DNA from: Chloroflexota bacterium
GTDB taxonomy: Bacteria > Chloroflexota > UBA11872 > VXNJ01
DNA length: 64,000 nucleotides
NCBI GenBank assembly: GCA_965261345.1
Contig: OZ253449.1
Coordinates: 64,001-128,000, forward strand
Reading direction: 5' to 3'
The position numbers and the translations under genes were made by a program. The notes under the pieces were generated by a model. That model saw only the letters and a program-made list of their open reading frames with translations, did not search any database and was not told the origin of the DNA. Positions 10,468 to 20,826 of the stretch are shown here, one piece after another (the stretch's first letter is position 1; each line of letters opens with the position of its first letter).

Positions 10468-11696
10468 TGACCAGGGGAATTTGTCTGGCACTAGCAATAA
10501 CCCTGGCATCGTGGGCGCTCGTTGCCTGCGGAGACGACTCAGTCAATCCGCAGCAGCCGGCAGTCGCCACCAGGACCGCTCCGACGGCCGAGCCTACCGC
10601 GGCGCCGACAGCGACTCCTAGGCCGACCGCCACGACGACGCCCACTCCAACGATGGCCCCTACGCCGACCGCCTCAGCGGAACCCGCCGCCGAGACAGGT
10701 CTCGCTGTGGACTGTCTGCTTGGCGGCGTGCTCGACAATGTCTCGACGATCACTTCCTGCGCTGAGCAGGCCATGCAACAGGTGAAGAGCTTCTCCTTCG
10801 AAGGAGAGTTCAATCTTTTGGCTCTCTTCCCCAGCGGGGAAGCCGGTACCGCAGGCGTGATGACACTAAGCGGCGCTATCATGCTGCCGGACAGGATCAG
10901 ATTCGAAATATCCTTCTCACCCGAAGGCCAATTGATCCAGATGGCCGGAGTCGTCATTGGCCGGGATACCTACATTCGAGACCCTGAGTCGGATATGTGG
11001 TTCAAAGGAAACGGTCCCGATGGCGAATTCCTCGGGGTCGTGCAGACTGTGGGATTGCTCCAGTTGCCAAAGGACCCCAATGCGACCCTGGACGAGTCCT
11101 TGAGCCTTGACGACGGGACCAAGGGCTACGTGCTTTCCTACGATCAGACCGGTCAGCAAAGCGGCATCGAGGGCCTTGGGTTTCCAGATGGCACGCTGGT
11201 GGTGGTCGTGGGCGCCGACGACTTCCTTACCAGGGAGGTCAGAGTAACCCTGGAGGACGTCAACGACAAAGCCGCCAACCTATTGACCATTAGATACCAT
11301 GGCTACAACGAGACCAAAGAGGTAGAGCCACCGGCGCAGTACGTAACCATTCCGGTAGACGCGATTGATTCAGAATCCCCGGTAGCACCGACGGTAGTCG
11401 GACTTGCCAGGAACGAAGACGGCGACGTCGAAGTGACGCTCAGCGAGCCTGTATTCGTTCGGGGACAGGTTGAACTGTACGTACTCGACCCTGCGACCGG
11501 GGGCTGGGCACTTCCGCTCATCGACGGGAGCGGGACTGCCACCCTTACCTTCGATGCGGACGCGGAGAACAGACCGCCGCTCGTCATAGGCGAGAGTCAG
11601 ATCGCCGGATTCATCTTCCCAACACCGGACTCACAGATGACGGACTCCGAAGGCGCCCGGTTGGACTTGACCTTCGATCTGTGGACGTACGAATAG
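10468..11696 (+). CDS. Lipoprotein with Pro/Thr-rich linker and LppX/LprAFG-like domain
   Basis: Hydrophobic signal with lipobox LVAC, PT repeats, then AMQQVKSFSF... beta-rich fold; start uncertain (ORF open from 10314). Confidence 0.65.
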
Positions 11697-11911
11697 CGAA
11701 TCATCTTTCGTCTACCAGACTGCGAGGGAATGAGATGGGCGGGCTGTTTATTTCGACGCCAGTTGGGTGCAGCGAACAGCTACCCTCATTTTTGCTGGTA
11801 GTCGACAACTACTTTTGCCGGCATTGCTTTGAGTCGAAGTTCAGATGCGGTATTTACAGACCAATGATTATTGATCTCGCGCAGCTTTTCAACCAATTTG
11901 ATTCCCCGCCC

Positions 11912-11939
11912 GGCGATCATATTCGCCATTATGTCGATT
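11912..11939 (+). other. dif-like site
   Basis: GGCGATCATAT-TCGCCA-TTATGTCGATT. Confidence 0.75.
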
Positions 11940-12028
11940 ACGGACATGCGTCGGCGTTGAATTGTGGGTGGTCCGCTGTATCGAATCGCTTGGGCAAAAG
12001 CAATACCCGCCCAAGTGCGGGCGCCTGT

Positions 12029-12352
12029 CTAAACGATGGCAGCTCGATCGCGCGCCTGGTCCGTTTCGGCAGCAGGCTTAGTTGGCAGTTGATTAATCAA
12101 CGTCCCCATGTCGTTTGTAGCCTGCACCAAATCGAATTGGGTTTGCAGATTCAACCAGAACTGCGGATCCATTCCGAACCAATGCCCTAGCCGCAACGCG
12201 GTGTCGCAACTGATCGATCGGCGGTGGGCCATGATTTGCGAAATTCGATTTGCGGGCACATCCAATTGCCGAGCAAATTCAGTCGCCGATATCCCCATCT
12301 CGGCAATTTCGTCTTTGAGGATTGCTCCAGGATGCACTGCTCGCTTAAACAA
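12029..12352 (-). CDS. higA: HigA antitoxin
   Basis: VHPGAILKDE...VPANRISQI...DTALRLG.WFG..PQFWLNLQ. Confidence 0.9.
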   Translation of the reverse strand: MFKRAVHPGAILKDEIAEMGISATEFARQLDVPANRISQIMAHRRSISCDTALRLGHWFGMDPQFWLNLQTQFDLVQATNDMGTLINQLPTKPAAETDQARDRAAIV

Positions 12353-12373
12353 CGTAGTCCGCCTTAGCCGAAA

Positions 12374-12658
12374 TTAGTGGTAGTTAACGATCTTGACCCG
12401 GGAGGGACCTGCTTGGCCAACAGGCCACCTAAAGCAGATTCGCCACCGGCGATTAATCCTGATTGAGTATTGACCACGACGCCGACCGCCAAGTGACTCG
12501 AGGCGATTGCTGGGCAGCGCCCGCAACGATTCGATAGAAGCGGCGGCATTGAGAATCGATAGGCGTTTCGCAGCTTGCTGCTCAATCGACTCAAACTCCC
12601 TAACAAATTCCCCACTTGCAAACCTCTCGGTCCGCTTATCTGCGTAGTCGACGATCAT
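12374..12658 (-). CDS. higB: HigB toxin
   Basis: PSNRLESLGG.R.GQYSIRIN.RWRICFRW...V.IVNYH. Confidence 0.9.
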   Translation of the reverse strand: MIVDYADKRTERFASGEFVREFESIEQQAAKRLSILNAAASIESLRALPSNRLESLGGRRRGQYSIRINRRWRICFRWPVGQAGPSRVKIVNYH

Positions 12659-12857
12659 CTCCGATGATTCTCGGTCAATAGACGCAGTACGTCAAGCGTA
12701 TATTGAGATCGCCATCGATGCCTGTCGAATCCCAGACAAGGTGAAATCGGAGACTCTTGCACCTGCCCGAGGCGCCAAGGAAGTATTCAGACCCGGGAGT
12801 TAGTTCCTGGCTTGATGCTGATCCCGGTCAATGCAGCAGCTTCTATAGGCTGCGATC

Positions 12858-12885
12858 AGAAACAGGAATAATGATTATGTCTAAT
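12858..12885 (+). other. dif-like site
   Basis: AGAAACAGGAA-TAATGA-TTATGTCTAAT. Confidence 0.7.
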
Positions 12886-12909
12886 GCGTCAATATCGCAG
12901 AGTTGAGTA

Positions 12910-13635
12910 ATGTCGCACGGTCAGGAACTCACTACGCAGCAACGGTTGGGATTCATTTTTGAGACCGAAACCGCGGTGATGCTGATCGAAGAAGGGTTGA
13001 TTGCGCTCACGAGAGAAATCAGGCAACCGCATCGCTTGAATCTCCCATTCTTGTTACTTGCGCAAGGAATCGAAAGGTTGCTAAAGCTGGTCTTGCTAAT
13101 TGGTCGTTTCCAAGCCACAAGCGAGTTGTTGGATTCAAATGTATTGAAGCGAACTTATGGACATCATTTGCTTGAGTTGGTGAAGGCGGTTGAAGGTTTG
13201 ATGCGATCTGCAGGTTATGCGGACGAGAGCGCCGCATTGAGGTGCGATTTGCAATTTCTGCGAAATTCAAAAGATCTCCGGGTTCTGCTGAACGTGTTGG
13301 AAACCTTTGCGCTCCAGGGAAGGTACCACGATCTTGAAATTGCAGCGGGCGGGGAATCGCATGCCGATTTGCAAGGGCTGGTCGGAACGATTCAGTCTCA
13401 ATTCCTGAAGAAGCGCCCCGAAGTTGCAAGGGAGATCGAAGCAGGCAAAGACCGTAGCCTCACCTCATTCCACGCGGCTTTGCTCGCAGATTTGACGGAG
13501 TCGATACAGCGATTTGCTCGAGCCCTTTGCCGTACGTACACATTGGGCCTACTCGGGAACTATGGGAAGACAGCCAGTGCGCCGCTTGGGCGATTCCTAT
13601 ACCTTCGGGACGACGAGTTGGGTAGCCTGCCCTAG
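12910..13635 (+). CDS. Hypothetical helical protein, HEPN-like motifs
   Basis: LAQGIERLLK...YGHHL..L and RY motifs; paralogue at 23395. Confidence 0.6.
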   Translation: MSHGQELTTQQRLGFIFETETAVMLIEEGLIALTREIRQPHRLNLPFLLLAQGIERLLKLVLLIGRFQATSELLDSNVLKRTYGHHLLELVKAVEGLMRSAGYADESAALRCDLQFLRNSKDLRVLLNVLETFALQGRYHDLEIAAGGESHADLQGLVGTIQSQFLKKRPEVAREIEAGKDRSLTSFHAALLADLTESIQRFARALCRTYTLGLLGNYGKTASAPLGRFLYLRDDELGSLP

Positions 13636-13760
13636 CGTCTACGGGTAACCATACTCTGCCCCGCGCGGAGCCATTAATGCGCTATTGGACGTTTGGATAT
13701 TGGAGCGCTGGGGTCGCGCTTGCATCCCGCCCTCCAAGAGAAGCCGGCTCAACAGTGTTT

Positions 13761-13788
13761 GAGTTGCGTAAGGAGTATTATGTCTACT
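13761..13788 (+). other. dif-like site
   Basis: GAGTTGCGTAA-GGAGTA-TTATGTCTACT. Confidence 0.8.
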
Positions 13789-13957
13789 GCATCAATTGAA
13801 GGCAAACGACGATCGAACCGAAGAGGTTTGACCCAGTTGTGCTGCGTGATCAGCCGAGAACAGTCGATCGCTTCCGTACCCAAATACACAATGACCACGT
13901 AACTGGAAAAAGGGGTGCGCCATCGTTGTCACTCGCCGGGGTTATCCGGCCTCGTGT

Positions 13958-14377
13958 TTGGACTACCTGCAACCTGACGAGTTGCCCGACTTCAACGTTC
14001 GCGATTGGAAATGGTTCGAAGCAGAATTCGGACCGTTGCCGGCAAGCGACCCCTACTTTCAGCAGCGCTGGGTTCTGTGCGAGGTGCGCAGCGACAACAC
14101 GGAACGCCTAGCACGGTCAAACACGTTCTCTGGACTAACCACACTACCTGTCCAAGGAGGCTGCCCCCATCGCCATAGTTCGGCCAAGGCCGCTTGGTTT
14201 TGCCGCAGCGCCGTAATCCAAGGCAACATCCGCGGAGATACCGTCGAATCTCGTTCCCTTCACCCCCCTTCGGTTCCACGCGAAAACACGTCTTGGCACT
14301 TGGCGTTACTCGCTTGCGTCGGCCAGGTTTGGCGAATGATCGACGAGGTTGAGAATTACGGCATCGTGCTCTACTAA
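13958..14377 (+). CDS. Hypothetical protein
   Basis: 139-aa ORF with no recognised motif. Confidence 0.35.
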   Translation: MDYLQPDELPDFNVRDWKWFEAEFGPLPASDPYFQQRWVLCEVRSDNTERLARSNTFSGLTTLPVQGGCPHRHSSAKAAWFCRSAVIQGNIRGDTVESRSLHPPSVPRENTSWHLALLACVGQVWRMIDEVENYGIVLY

Positions 14378-14771
14378 ATCCACGGACGACTCAAGAAGAG
14401 AGTCAATTGCGTCATGTAACGCTAGCTCGCATTGCCGTGAGGACCCAGACCTCATAGATTCATTGCGCCAAAAGCAGCCATCACTGGACCCCCATTCGAA
14501 ACGCAGGCCCGGCGCTTTTCAAATCTTTTCGGAAGACTGCCCTGAGGAGCACAAGCCGCGCGCCGCCGATTGGGTGGCAGCCCATGACACCAGGCGTTCG
14601 AGGATTCTGTCCACTACTAGAAGTGGGCCGGGCGGAGTCCAGAATGCCTCGTCAATTGCGGTAGCCACTTGACCGGATTGCAGACGTCGATCGGTTGATA
14701 ATGCCAGCATTCCAGTACGAGGTGCCCACAGTCGCCGGGCTGCTGGCCAAACGCTGGGTGGGGAGAACTCG

Positions 14772-15728
14772 ATGCGCGACTTGAGCAGTGAAGACCAGAT
14801 TCGTTGGGCCGCATTTGAACACGTTCGCCACCTGCAACAACTCCACGCCCACCTGACGGCCAGAGAGATCGATTCCGGTTTCATCTACCAGGGCGAGCGT
14901 ATACCGCTCGTTAACCCCAGACGGGGCATCTTCAAGCCTCGCCAGATGCAGTTCTTGCTTTCAATTAAGACCGTCTACCCCAGACCAGGGGCCAATGTCT
15001 GGTATGACGATCAGCGCGACATTTACCGCCGATTCTTTGAAAGCGACGAAACGATCGAATATGCGTTCATGGGTCGGGATCCTAACGCTGCAGATAACCG
15101 CTGGCTGCGCGAGGCATTTGAACACCGGGTCCCGGTAATTTATTTTCTTGGTGTTGCCCCCGGAAAGTTCCAAGCAATACAACCTGTTTTTATTACCGGG
15201 TGGGACGCCGAGGCCCTAAAGGCAACGGTTGCTTTCGGGGCCGACCTGGTGCAACCGGGCCAACAACCGAATGCGGGCAAGGCGATTGCTAACTTCCCTG
15301 AGGATTACCAGGAGCGAAGGTATGCCCTGCGTTCGGTCAAGCGCCGCCTGCATCAAGCCACTTTCAGAGAAGCAATCATGACCGCATATCGCAGCCGGTG
15401 TGCCGTGTCGGGGATACCCGAACCTATGCTCCTGGATGCTGCGCACATTGTCCCGGACGCTAACGAGCGTCTTGGGCAGCCGGTAGTCCCGAACGGACTC
15501 CCGTTATCTAAGATCCACCACGCTGCTTTCGATGCACACCTGATCGGGATAGATCCCGACTTTCGGATTCACGTCTCCGACCGCTTGCTCGAAAAGGACG
15601 ATGGTCCCCTACTTGAATCTCTAAAGGAGCTTGAAGGCCGGGCGATCAGGCTGCCCCAGCGCAATTCGGACTGCCCGGACCGCGATCGTTTGGACATACG
15701 ATTCCATCAATTCTTGGCCGCGGATTGA
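14772..15728 (+). CDS. HNH endonuclease (putative restriction enzyme)
   Basis: RLHQATFR..I..AY..RCAVSG.....LDAAHI.......NGLPLSKIHHAAFD. Confidence 0.85.
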   Translation: MRDLSSEDQIRWAAFEHVRHLQQLHAHLTAREIDSGFIYQGERIPLVNPRRGIFKPRQMQFLLSIKTVYPRPGANVWYDDQRDIYRRFFESDETIEYAFMGRDPNAADNRWLREAFEHRVPVIYFLGVAPGKFQAIQPVFITGWDAEALKATVAFGADLVQPGQQPNAGKAIANFPEDYQERRYALRSVKRRLHQATFREAIMTAYRSRCAVSGIPEPMLLDAAHIVPDANERLGQPVVPNGLPLSKIHHAAFDAHLIGIDPDFRIHVSDRLLEKDDGPLLESLKELEGRAIRLPQRNSDCPDRDRLDIRFHQFLAAD

Positions 15729-16033
15729 GGATCCCTCTCAACCTTTCGCCATTGATTCCTCCGGTTTAGCCGCAGTTTCCAGTTCGGCCTGCATCCAAGT
15801 ACCCGCGACAGGTGCGCGCCTTTTCAGGCAGGAGCCTTTTAGTAGCCGTGCCGTTTGTGTCGTTGCCCAGCAACTAAGTCAATTCAACTGGCCAGCAGAA
15901 CTGTCCGCAGCGAACAAATCCTGGCGGCTCTTAAATCGGTTGTTTCCTTCGTCCTAGTTTGTTATCTGGTTAACGTCAACACACCTTTCGCCGCCGGCGT
16001 TGGAGTGGATGATGGCAGTTCCCTAGAGCAATA

Positions 16034-16900
16034 TCAACTGAGATTAGAGGGTGTGAAAAGGTTGGACCTATTTCCATGGCGATCTCGCATCGCTACCAAT
16101 AATTGAGCTGCTGCGACGGTGTCGGTGGTGGCTTGATGGGCTTTGTCCAGCCTTACGCGATAGCGTTTGCAAGCGCTGGTTAGCGTGTGAGATCGCTCTC
16201 CCTTATCCGCGCGGCGGGAGATCTTTAACGTATCGATCCCACGGCGTGCAGGCAGCCTTTTGCCGCTGCGCTGAAACTCTGCCCGCAAGAACCCGATGTC
16301 GAAATTCAAGTTGTGGGCTAGTAGCACACCATTCTCAAGCATTTTTGCGATTGCACCAGCTCTTTCAGCGAAGGCGGGCGCCCCCTTAACACGGGAGTTG
16401 TCAATGCCATGAATCGCGCTTGCTTCCGATGGGATTGGACAACCCGGATCAAATAGCGAGTGCCAAGTCCAATCTACTTGTCCATCGGCGTTCAGCCCGA
16501 CCAACGCCAACTCGACGACGCGGTCGTTCTTTGGGCTAAGTCCTGTCGTTTCCACATCAAGCGCCACAACTTGGGTTAAATCCAGGCCGGCAGATTGCGC
16601 GCTTTTTTTGCGCTTGCCGATCAACGCTGGGTCAACATCTCGGTCAGACTCGCGGTTGTGTTCAGCGGATTCCAAACGTATTGGGGCACCTCGGGGCGGA
16701 TTGGCGCCTGTGGATTCCTCACTGATTCCGCGCTCGCCGGCTAATGCCCAGATCAACGACATGATCCAGCCGATAAGCGTCCAACCCAGGAAGAGATTCA
16801 GTGCCAATATCGCCCATTTGCGTTTGCGATGCCGTATGAATCCAATGATTGTCGGAGCGAAGTAAACGCTCGCCAACAGAATCGTTCCTAGTGCGTCCAT
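16034..16900 (-). CDS. Superinfection-immunity (Imm) membrane domain fused to DEDDh 3'-5' exonuclease
   Basis: N-terminal YFAPTII...ILALNLFLGWTLIGWIMSLIWAL; C-terminal DVETTG, AHN..FD, H.A..D motifs. Confidence 0.8.
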   Translation of the reverse strand: MDALGTILLASVYFAPTIIGFIRHRKRKWAILALNLFLGWTLIGWIMSLIWALAGERGISEESTGANPPRGAPIRLESAEHNRESDRDVDPALIGKRKKSAQSAGLDLTQVVALDVETTGLSPKNDRVVELALVGLNADGQVDWTWHSLFDPGCPIPSEASAIHGIDNSRVKGAPAFAERAGAIAKMLENGVLLAHNLNFDIGFLRAEFQRSGKRLPARRGIDTLKISRRADKGERSHTLTSACKRYRVRLDKAHQATTDTVAAAQLLVAMRDRHGNRSNLFTPSNLS

Positions 16901-17155
16901 TGCCGATTTTTGTACCGTTCTTTGTAGAGAAGCTCCGTGATTTAACGTCGCTCCGGCAACACTGAGCGCTGGCTCGGGGCGAATGCGGGTGAACCAATTC
17001 CCAAGCGATAGGAATTGCCGTTGAGGGCACGTACCGCGAGAGCACTTTTCCAAATGGGCAGTCGATACACGCCGCCCGCCCGCTCCTCAATCCTCGCAAT
17101 CGCGTCCCGGTGGCGCACCGGCGTTGTATTGCGGCGATCGTGAGAATTGAAAGCG

Positions 17156-17183
17156 GCTCGTCAAATGCGCCATTATGTCCATC
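17156..17183 (+). other. dif-like site
   Basis: GCTCGTCAAAT-GCGCCA-TTATGTCCATC. Confidence 0.6.
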
Positions 17184-17703
17184 ATGTCGTCCTGGCGGGA
17201 ATCCTGCGTTTTTGGGGACATTGGTGGCGATGTGATCTGTCGAGGATGAACTTACTTGCAGGCAAGGTGCCCGATTGCCGTCTAGCGTAATCGGCCAGGC
17301 TTCAGGCGCAATTGAATTCGTCCCTGTAGCGGCAAACCGTTCGGATTCAAGCTGATGTGTCGGACCCGCCCGTATTACGCCAACCCCTATCTCCTGGTTA
17401 CTTGTATGGTTGGCAACCATCATGCTGCCCTCGACAGCCAAGTGATATTGGCAAGTCCTAAATGCCTATTTCCAGTGATGCTGTAGGCGGTTGAGTGCGT
17501 AGCGCACTACGCGGTACAAGAACAGCAAAAAGCGAGAACTGGCCAAAGTAGAGGTTCTGACGTCTAGGGGGCAAATCAAGTCCAAACATCTGTGGATCTG
17601 GTCCTTGCCCCGCGTAAGCGGAGCAATGCGATTGCGTTCTCTAGCCTTGTCTTGAGGGTGCAATTCGTGGCTACGGGGGACGTAAGCGGAAATGTCGTGA
17701 GCA

Positions 17704-20562
17704 TTGGGAACAGTGATTTCATTGCCTGAAAACGCCGGCAACATCGTCGCCAAAACCTCCGCCATAGTCCGATTGTTCCGTGGCGGTCCGGTTCATGTCA
17801 CGCTCGAACACGGCGAACTTCGGTTTGGTGATGACGATGGCATTCCCGCTGGCGCCGTCGACACCATCGAGATCCGCCGCTCGTGGTTTTGGACGCGACT
17901 CGCGATTGGTGTTTTCGGTGGCACAATACGTGCCGTCGGCGGGCTTCGCCGCGATGACGCCGAATGGCTTGCCCAAGCACTGCGCAACGACGCCGCGCGC
18001 GCCGCTACCGAGCAGTCCGACGAACTCACGCAGCTTGGCGAGCGGCTCGACCGCTTTGAAAGTACCGGTCGGTTCCGTCGCCATTCCCAGAGCCAAACGC
18101 TCCGAGAGGACATCGCGGCCGCCGTCCCTCGAGTTGGCGGCGCACTTGCTCGGGCGCATCTGTCCGAGAGAGCTGCCAAGGCGCTTTCGCGCATCGAACA
18201 GCTGTTGGGCCCCGAAGCCTTCGAAGCAGCTAGGGAAAGTGCAAACTCAACATTCGTCAACGCGTCCAAGTCTGCTGTTGTCCAAGCGGCTGGAAGAGTG
18301 CTCTCCTCACCCCTTGCTGATGAGCAGGCGGTGGCGATCGCCACCGACGAGGATGTCACGCTGGTCCTTGCCGGCGCTGGGACAGGAAAGACCGCCGTCA
18401 TCACTGGCAAGGTCACCCATCTCGTCCGGAATTTGCGCATCGCCCCTCAAGCGATCCTCGTGCTCGCTTTCAACCGCAAAGCCGCGGAGGAGATCCGCGA
18501 ACGCCTCCCAGGTGAATCCGCTGGCGCTCATGTCGCAACCTTCCACGCGTTCGGGAGACGAGTGATCGCAGATGCCGGAACTGCACCGACGATTTCGAAG
18601 CTGGCGGAAGATGAGGCCAAGCTCGTCAAGGCCGTTGATGACATCCTTGCCGGACTCCTGTTGGAATCCCTGCAGAGCGAAGCGGTCATGAGCTTGATCT
18701 TGGACCAACGTGCAGCCTATCACTCGCATTTCGAATTCGTGGACCCGGGCGACTACCACGACTACATCCGCCGCTCTGAGCTGCGAACGTTGAGCGGTGA
18801 CCTCGTCAAGAGCTTTGAAGAACTGGCGATCGCGAACTTCCTCACCCTCAACCGAGTACATTTCGAGTACGAATCGGATTTTGGTGTGCCCACTGCCACT
18901 CGGTGGCATCGCCAATACCAGCCTGACTTCTATCTTCCTGGCCAAGACATCTACATAGAACACTTCGCGCTCGACCGGGAAGGCCGGCCGCCGCTGGGAT
19001 GGAGAGGCTACGGTGACGGTGTCGAATGGAAACGAGGCATTCACGCCAAATACGGAACAACTTTGATCGAGACCCACAGCTGGCAGCGACGTGAAGGAGT
19101 CCTACTCGACGTACTTGGCGCGCGGCTCGAGGAAGCGGGGTTAAAGCTTGAGCCAATCGAACCCCGTGAGCTCCTTGGACACCTGCGCAAATTCGGGCTG
19201 ACAACGTGGCTCGCGCGGCTAATTGCGACTTTCCTCAACCATGTCAAAACAAGCGGCCTCTCAAAAGAGACACTATGTAACCGTGCATCCGAAATCGCAG
19301 ATCGGCGACGTGCCGAAGCTTTTCTTGAAGTGTTCGAACAGGTCCGATCTCGCTATGAGGATCTGTTGAGGGTCGAGAAGACGCTCGATTTCCACGATCT
19401 CATCAACAACGCAGCAGCGCGGATTAGAGAAGGCCGTTGGGAATCTCCCTACCGCTACGTGCTCGTGGACGAGTTCCAAGACGTTTCAGCAGGCCGGATG
19501 GCACTGCTCCAATCCCTCGTGAATCCCGGTGCCGTATTTTTCCTGGTTGGCGATGACTGGCAGTCCATTTATCGATTCGCAGGGAGCGACGTTGCGCTCA
19601 TGCGCGATTGCGGACGATATCTTGGCCACGTGCGGGAACGCACGCTCAGCCAGACTTTTCGTTTCGCTGCCGGAATCCTGGGCCCCTCCACTGATTTCGT
19701 CGTACGCAACCCGGTGCAGACCCAGCGCGCGCTTAGTCCCGCGTGCGGTGTGCGCGACGGCGGAGTAACTGTGGTAGCCAGCGACGAACCCCAACGTGGG
19801 CTAGAAGACGCCCTACGAGACATCGAGTCACGGGAGGAAACGAACCCAGCCCCGGCCTCAATACTCGTACTCGGGCGTTACCGCACCAGTCAAAAGGTGG
19901 CCCTCTCGCTTCATCGTCGGAGCTGGCTGCACGTCGAGTTCAGCACGGTCCACGCTGCTAAGGGGCGGGAAGCCGACTACGTGATAGTGCTCGACCTGCG
20001 CGACGCGCGGCGTGGCTTCCCTTCACAGATAGAGGACGACCCACTCCTGAATCTCGTTCTGCCTCCGCCACCTGGAGGCGGATACCCGCATGCGGAAGAA
20101 CGGCGCCTCTTCTACGTCGCGATGACGCGTGCCCGACTCGGCGCGTATTTGGTCGCCGACTCCCTGAGGCCTTCCGCCTTCGTGGAAGAGCTTTTGCGCG
20201 AATCTCGCACCTTGCATTGCATTGGCAAGTTCAGGCGTGATCGCACGGCCTTTTGCCCGCGCTGCCGTACTGGTCGCCTTGATTTGTCGCGTAGCGGCCG
20301 ATCGTTGTATTGCCGGAACTTTCCCTACTGCCGATACCGCGCGCCGGGTTGCCAAAGTTGTAGGCGAGGGTTTTTGGAAATCGCCCAGAATAACTCACGC
20401 TGCACAAATCCCTCATGCCATACCAGTCCACCGGTTTGCGAGTCGTGCGGCGAAGGGGTAATGATTTTTAAGAAGGGCCGCTTCGGTTCGTTTCTGGGTT
20501 GCACAGGATACGGTTCGGATCAGCCGTGCACGAACACTCGAAATCTACCTTCCCGCACTTGA
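17704..20562 (+). CDS. helD: DNA helicase IV-like UvrD helicase with inserted nuclease-like segment and C-terminal Zn ribbons
   Basis: LAGAGTGKT, VDEFQD, VGDDWQSIYRF, STVHAAKGRE, EERRLFYVAMTRA; topoisomerase-type C4 repeats at the C-terminus. Confidence 0.9.
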   Translation: MGTVISLPENAGNIVAKTSAIVRLFRGGPVHVTLEHGELRFGDDDGIPAGAVDTIEIRRSWFWTRLAIGVFGGTIRAVGGLRRDDAEWLAQALRNDAARAATEQSDELTQLGERLDRFESTGRFRRHSQSQTLREDIAAAVPRVGGALARAHLSERAAKALSRIEQLLGPEAFEAARESANSTFVNASKSAVVQAAGRVLSSPLADEQAVAIATDEDVTLVLAGAGTGKTAVITGKVTHLVRNLRIAPQAILVLAFNRKAAEEIRERLPGESAGAHVATFHAFGRRVIADAGTAPTISKLAEDEAKLVKAVDDILAGLLLESLQSEAVMSLILDQRAAYHSHFEFVDPGDYHDYIRRSELRTLSGDLVKSFEELAIANFLTLNRVHFEYESDFGVPTATRWHRQYQPDFYLPGQDIYIEHFALDREGRPPLGWRGYGDGVEWKRGIHAKYGTTLIETHSWQRREGVLLDVLGARLEEAGLKLEPIEPRELLGHLRKFGLTTWLARLIATFLNHVKTSGLSKETLCNRASEIADRRRAEAFLEVFEQVRSRYEDLLRVEKTLDFHDLINNAAARIREGRWESPYRYVLVDEFQDVSAGRMALLQSLVNPGAVFFLVGDDWQSIYRFAGSDVALMRDCGRYLGHVRERTLSQTFRFAAGILGPSTDFVVRNPVQTQRALSPACGVRDGGVTVVASDEPQRGLEDALRDIESREETNPAPASILVLGRYRTSQKVALSLHRRSWLHVEFSTVHAAKGREADYVIVLDLRDARRGFPSQIEDDPLLNLVLPPPPGGGYPHAEERRLFYVAMTRARLGAYLVADSLRPSAFVEELLRESRTLHCIGKFRRDRTAFCPRCRTGRLDLSRSGRSLYCRNFPYCRYRAPGCQSCRRGFLEIAQNNSRCTNPSCHTSPPVCESCGEGVMIFKKGRFGSFLGCTGYGSDQPCTNTRNLPSRT

Positions 20563-20826
20563 CTGCAACTTGCCGAAAGTAGCCGGCTGCTACCGCCCAC
20601 CCGATGTTTGCAGACAAATCGAGTTTCCCGGGTGCTAATGGGCACCGTTCAATTTGTCGACTCGGTTAAGTGTCAATCTCCACCACCTATCGTCCACTTA
20701 GCCAACGGCATTCGCCCACCCATGTTCATGGGCATCAGGCCACTTAGCCAAGGGCACTAGTCCACCCGGCAAACGCACCTACCAATCACCATTGCGGCGA
20801 CCCGTTCCAACCAACCGGGAGCCATC

